DNA of 64,000 nucleotides from Minisyncoccota bacterium (lineage in GTDB: Bacteria; Patescibacteriota; Minisyncoccia; UBA6257; JAGOQP01), in contig JBAZTS010000004.1 of assembly GCA_041661795.1 (NCBI GenBank), forward strand, positions 6,136-70,135, read 5' to 3'. The position numbers were made by a program, and so were the translations under genes. Below the pieces are notes generated by a model. It did no database searches and was not told the origin of the DNA. It saw only the letters and a list, made by a program, of their open reading frames with translations. This document shows, one piece after another, positions 61,582 through 64,000 of this stretch (its first letter is position 1; the number at the start of each line of letters is the position of its first letter).

Positions 61582-62916
61582 TTGTATTATTACCAAATAA
61601 TGGTGATTAAAAATTATAATCAGTTAGCTACCAATAAGCTTAGAAAAGACGCTCTTAACATTATAGAAAGCGCCTATGAGGCGATTGATATAGAATCTCT
61701 TACTAAAAAAAGAGTGAAGATAAAGAAGGGTTATTTATGTGTTTCGGACGCTTCTCGTAATGAAAGAGTAAATTTAAAAAAATTCAAAAGAATTTTTTTA
61801 ATAGGATTTGGCAAGGGCTCATCATTGGCAATAGCAACGTTGGCTGGAATATTTAAACCTTTGGGTTCTCGGTTTGTCGGAGGAATTTCTTTGGATGTAA
61901 AAAACTCCAACCCTAACCCCTCACCCCTAAACCCTAAAATTAAGTTTTTTAAAGGGACTCATCCAAAACCATCAATTACCAATGTGAGGACTACACAAAA
62001 GATTGTTGATTTAGTAAGAAGTGCCGGCCAAAACGATTTGGTTATTTATTTTATCGGTGGCGGAGGGTCGTCTTTGTTATGTGGGTCTTTGGGAGAACTT
62101 AACTCTTCAAAATTTGTCTTTGATCAGTTAACTCAAAAAGGGGCTTCTATAAAAGAATTAAACATAGTTAGAAAACATCTTTCTGAAGTTAAGGGTGGTG
62201 GACTAACCAAATTTACATATCCAGCCACTTCCGTTTCTTTGATTGTTTCTGATGTTTGTGGAAACGATTTTTCAACTATTGCTTCCGGGCCAACTGTTTT
62301 TGATAAAACTAAGATAGAGGATGCTATCGGAATTTTTAGAAAATATAATATATCTTTTAAAGGAGTTAATTTTATTGAAACTCCAAAAGACAAAAAATAT
62401 TTTACCAAATCAAAATATTTTCTTTTGGCGTGTAATCAAGATGCGGCTTTAGCAATGCTTGCTACCGCAAGAAAAATCAAATACACGGCCTCTATCTTAA
62501 GTTTGGCGGTAGAAAAAGAAGTCAGTCAAGTTTTTATTGAATCGTTAAAGAAGATAAAGAATGGAGAGGCGATTATTATGGCGGGAGAAACAACTGTCAA
62601 GATAAAAGGAAAGGGAAAAGGAGGAAGAAATCAGGAGGCCTGTCTTTTTGTGTTATCCAGAGCTCTTTCTAAAATGATAAATATAAAAGATATCTTGGTT
62701 TCCAGCTTTGCTTCGGACGGATTTGATAATACTCCGGTGGCCGGGGCCATAGTTGACCAAGAGTCATTGGAAAAAACAAAAAATCTTTCATTAAATCCAA
62801 AAAAATTCCTTTCTAAAAACGATTCATTTAGTTTTTTTAGAAAAACCCAAGATCAGATATACATCCAAAGGAAATCATTCAATGTTTCCGATTTAATGCT
62901 GATTATCAAGAAGTAG
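61582..62916 (+). CDS. Glycerate kinase (MOFRL family)
   Basis: 'LIGFGKGS' and 'GGGGSSL...(L)' motifs, 'MAGETTV' and the MOFRL C-terminal region. Confidence 0.7.
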   Translation: MYYYQIMVIKNYNQLATNKLRKDALNIIESAYEAIDIESLTKKRVKIKKGYLCVSDASRNERVNLKKFKRIFLIGFGKGSSLAIATLAGIFKPLGSRFVGGISLDVKNSNPNPSPLNPKIKFFKGTHPKPSITNVRTTQKIVDLVRSAGQNDLVIYFIGGGGSSLLCGSLGELNSSKFVFDQLTQKGASIKELNIVRKHLSEVKGGGLTKFTYPATSVSLIVSDVCGNDFSTIASGPTVFDKTKIEDAIGIFRKYNISFKGVNFIETPKDKKYFTKSKYFLLACNQDAALAMLATARKIKYTASILSLAVEKEVSQVFIESLKKIKNGEAIIMAGETTVKIKGKGKGGRNQEACLFVLSRALSKMINIKDILVSSFASDGFDNTPVAGAIVDQESLEKTKNLSLNPKKFLSKNDSFSFFRKTQDQIYIQRKSFNVSDLMLIIKK

Positions 62917-63000
62917 TATATAGGGATTGGTATTTGGTATATAGAATAGTCCTCTGATATAAATTTATTTCTATATACTATCTACCATATACTAAATGCT

Positions 63001-63540
63001 ATGATGTATATAAACGAACTCTCTCCTAACCCTGTCGGAAAAGACACGGAAGGAGAGTATATAAAAATTTATAATGATTCTGATGCCTTGATTTCACTTT
63101 CCGGATGGAGCATAAAAGATGTCTCTGGAAAAACTTTTGTAGTTTTGCAAAAATCCGTGCCAGCGCGCGGATTTTTGGTCTTGGATTATCAGACAACAAA
63201 AATTTCTCTTAATAATTCCGGAGACACGATTTATCTTTACGACCAGAATAAAAATTTAGTTGATAAGTTGGAGTATAGTCAAAATATTTCGGATGATGTT
63301 GTGGTAAAAAAGGATATTACCACAGGAAAAGTTTCTTTGAGCTCAGAATCTATAAAAAAAGAGATCATAGAAGTTGTGGAAGCACGCCCCAACACCAATT
63401 CCATTGGTGTTGGAGAACCGTTAACCACTCAAGTTATAAATGGTGACGGAATAGACAATTTAGTGTTTATAGGAATAGGGGTTTCTTTGGCTCTGGCAAT
63501 CGCTTTTTGGCTGGCGTTTAAGAAGGTTGTAGATAGTTAA
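63001..63540 (+). CDS. Lamin-tail-domain (LTD) protein with a C-terminal TM anchor
   Basis: 'INELSPNP.G.D.EGEYI.IYN......LSGW.I.D.SG' LTD signature; C-terminal hydrophobic helix. Confidence 0.7.
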   Translation: MMYINELSPNPVGKDTEGEYIKIYNDSDALISLSGWSIKDVSGKTFVVLQKSVPARGFLVLDYQTTKISLNNSGDTIYLYDQNKNLVDKLEYSQNISDDVVVKKDITTGKVSLSSESIKKEIIEVVEARPNTNSIGVGEPLTTQVINGDGIDNLVFIGIGVSLALAIAFWLAFKKVVDS

Positions 63541-63574
63541 ATTATTGTTTTATTTGGTTTTAAGAAAAGTTTTT

Positions 63575-63650
63575 GGGCACGGGTATTTTTCTGCTGAAAA
63601 ATCCCTCAAGCTCAGCCCGCCGGCTTCCGCACGGCCCAAAAACCTTCCTT
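63575..63650 (-). repeat. Inverted copy of the roughly 75-nt repeat found at 3855..3930
   Basis: The reverse complement aligns at about 85% identity: CCG..CGGAAGCCGGC.GGCTGAG.T.GAGGGATTTTTCAGCAGAAAAATACCCG. Confidence 0.7.
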
Positions 63651-63806
63651 AAAACCCATACTTGACTTTTGTCTTAATATTTGCTATAATCCAAGGACAA
63701 ACTGGAATAAGGTGACATTGGGTCATCTTGTCCAGACGCACATTAACAAGAAGTGAACATGTTGTGGAAGGTTTAGGAACCTTACCGCAACAGAAAGGGA
63801 AAGCTC

Positions 63807-64000
63807 ATGTCCAATCGTGAGACGGCCCAAGCGACACTGGGACAGGTGTGGGAACTGCTGGGGGATATTTTCAAGATCCTCGGCAAAAAGTTCTCAGGCC
63901 TCTCCCTCTCACAGGTCCAGCGGTTGATCAGCAACAAGAAGCAGCTGATCGACAGCTACTGGAAGGTGGCTCTCGATATTCTCGGTGAGGTCGAGGATGT
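63807..64000 (+). CDS. GC-rich hypothetical ORF, 5' part only (runs off the window)
   Basis: ATG 63807 with an AAAGGGAAAG ribosome-binding site. Composition like the other GC-rich modules. Not in the ORF track because it has no stop within the window. Confidence 0.35.
   Translation, partial: MSNRETAQATLGQVWELLGDIFKILGKKFSGLSLSQVQRLISNKKQLIDSYWKVALDILGEVED

Overview
This 64-kb window looks like a low-GC, CPR/Patescibacteria-like genome. Housekeeping genes are interrupted by several accessory segments.

Backbone genes I can support:
- A PilB/GspE-type ATPase fragment, ruvB, gpmI, rny and HU.
- Two paralogous modules of ECF sigma factor, membrane anti-sigma and secreted protein.
- A type IV pilin with a lectin-like C-terminal domain, and a fused L,D-transpeptidase/M23 peptidase.
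- A CCA-adding enzyme, murI, an AI-2E transporter, a NAD kinase, TspO, a VOC-family protein, HIT, RadC, a glycerate kinase and a lamin-tail-domain protein.
- IleRS carrying an inserted histidine-phosphatase domain.

RNA genes:
- Seven tRNAs: Gly, Lys, Arg, Pro(?), Ala-CGC, Trp and Ala-TGC.
- A tmRNA directly downstream of smpB.

Accessory and defence content:
- A complete type I restriction-modification locus (hsdR, hsdM, hsdS) with six extra genes lying between hsdM and hsdS. Four of them are tandem paralogous winged-helix proteins.
- Two toxin-antitoxin pairs: an HTH protein with Doc, and Phd/YefM with RelE/ParE.
- A copper-resistance locus: csoR with a recognisable operator, copA, a DUF305 gene and membrane proteins carrying thiol motifs.

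Most unusual regions:
1. A roughly 6.6-kb island at 36.9-43.5 kb. It alternates AT-rich cassettes, each behind an identical leaderless-type promoter, with GC-rich modules. The GC-rich modules encode paralogous small cysteine-rich proteins behind a conserved promoter plus a roughly 130-nt leader. Related palindromic hairpins separate the units.
2. Two copies, about 90% identical, of a roughly 130-nt three-hairpin element placed just 3' of tRNA genes. Each copy is followed by a short duplicate of the tRNA 3' end.
3. A G11 homopolymer that frameshifts the prepilin N-terminus, which is a candidate phase-variation switch.
4. Several GC-rich islands (about 1.75-2.4 kb, 23.65-24.6 kb and 63.7-64 kb). 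One is about 1 kb, non-coding and terminator-ended, and its function is unknown.

All coordinates were read by eye and may be off by one or two bases.
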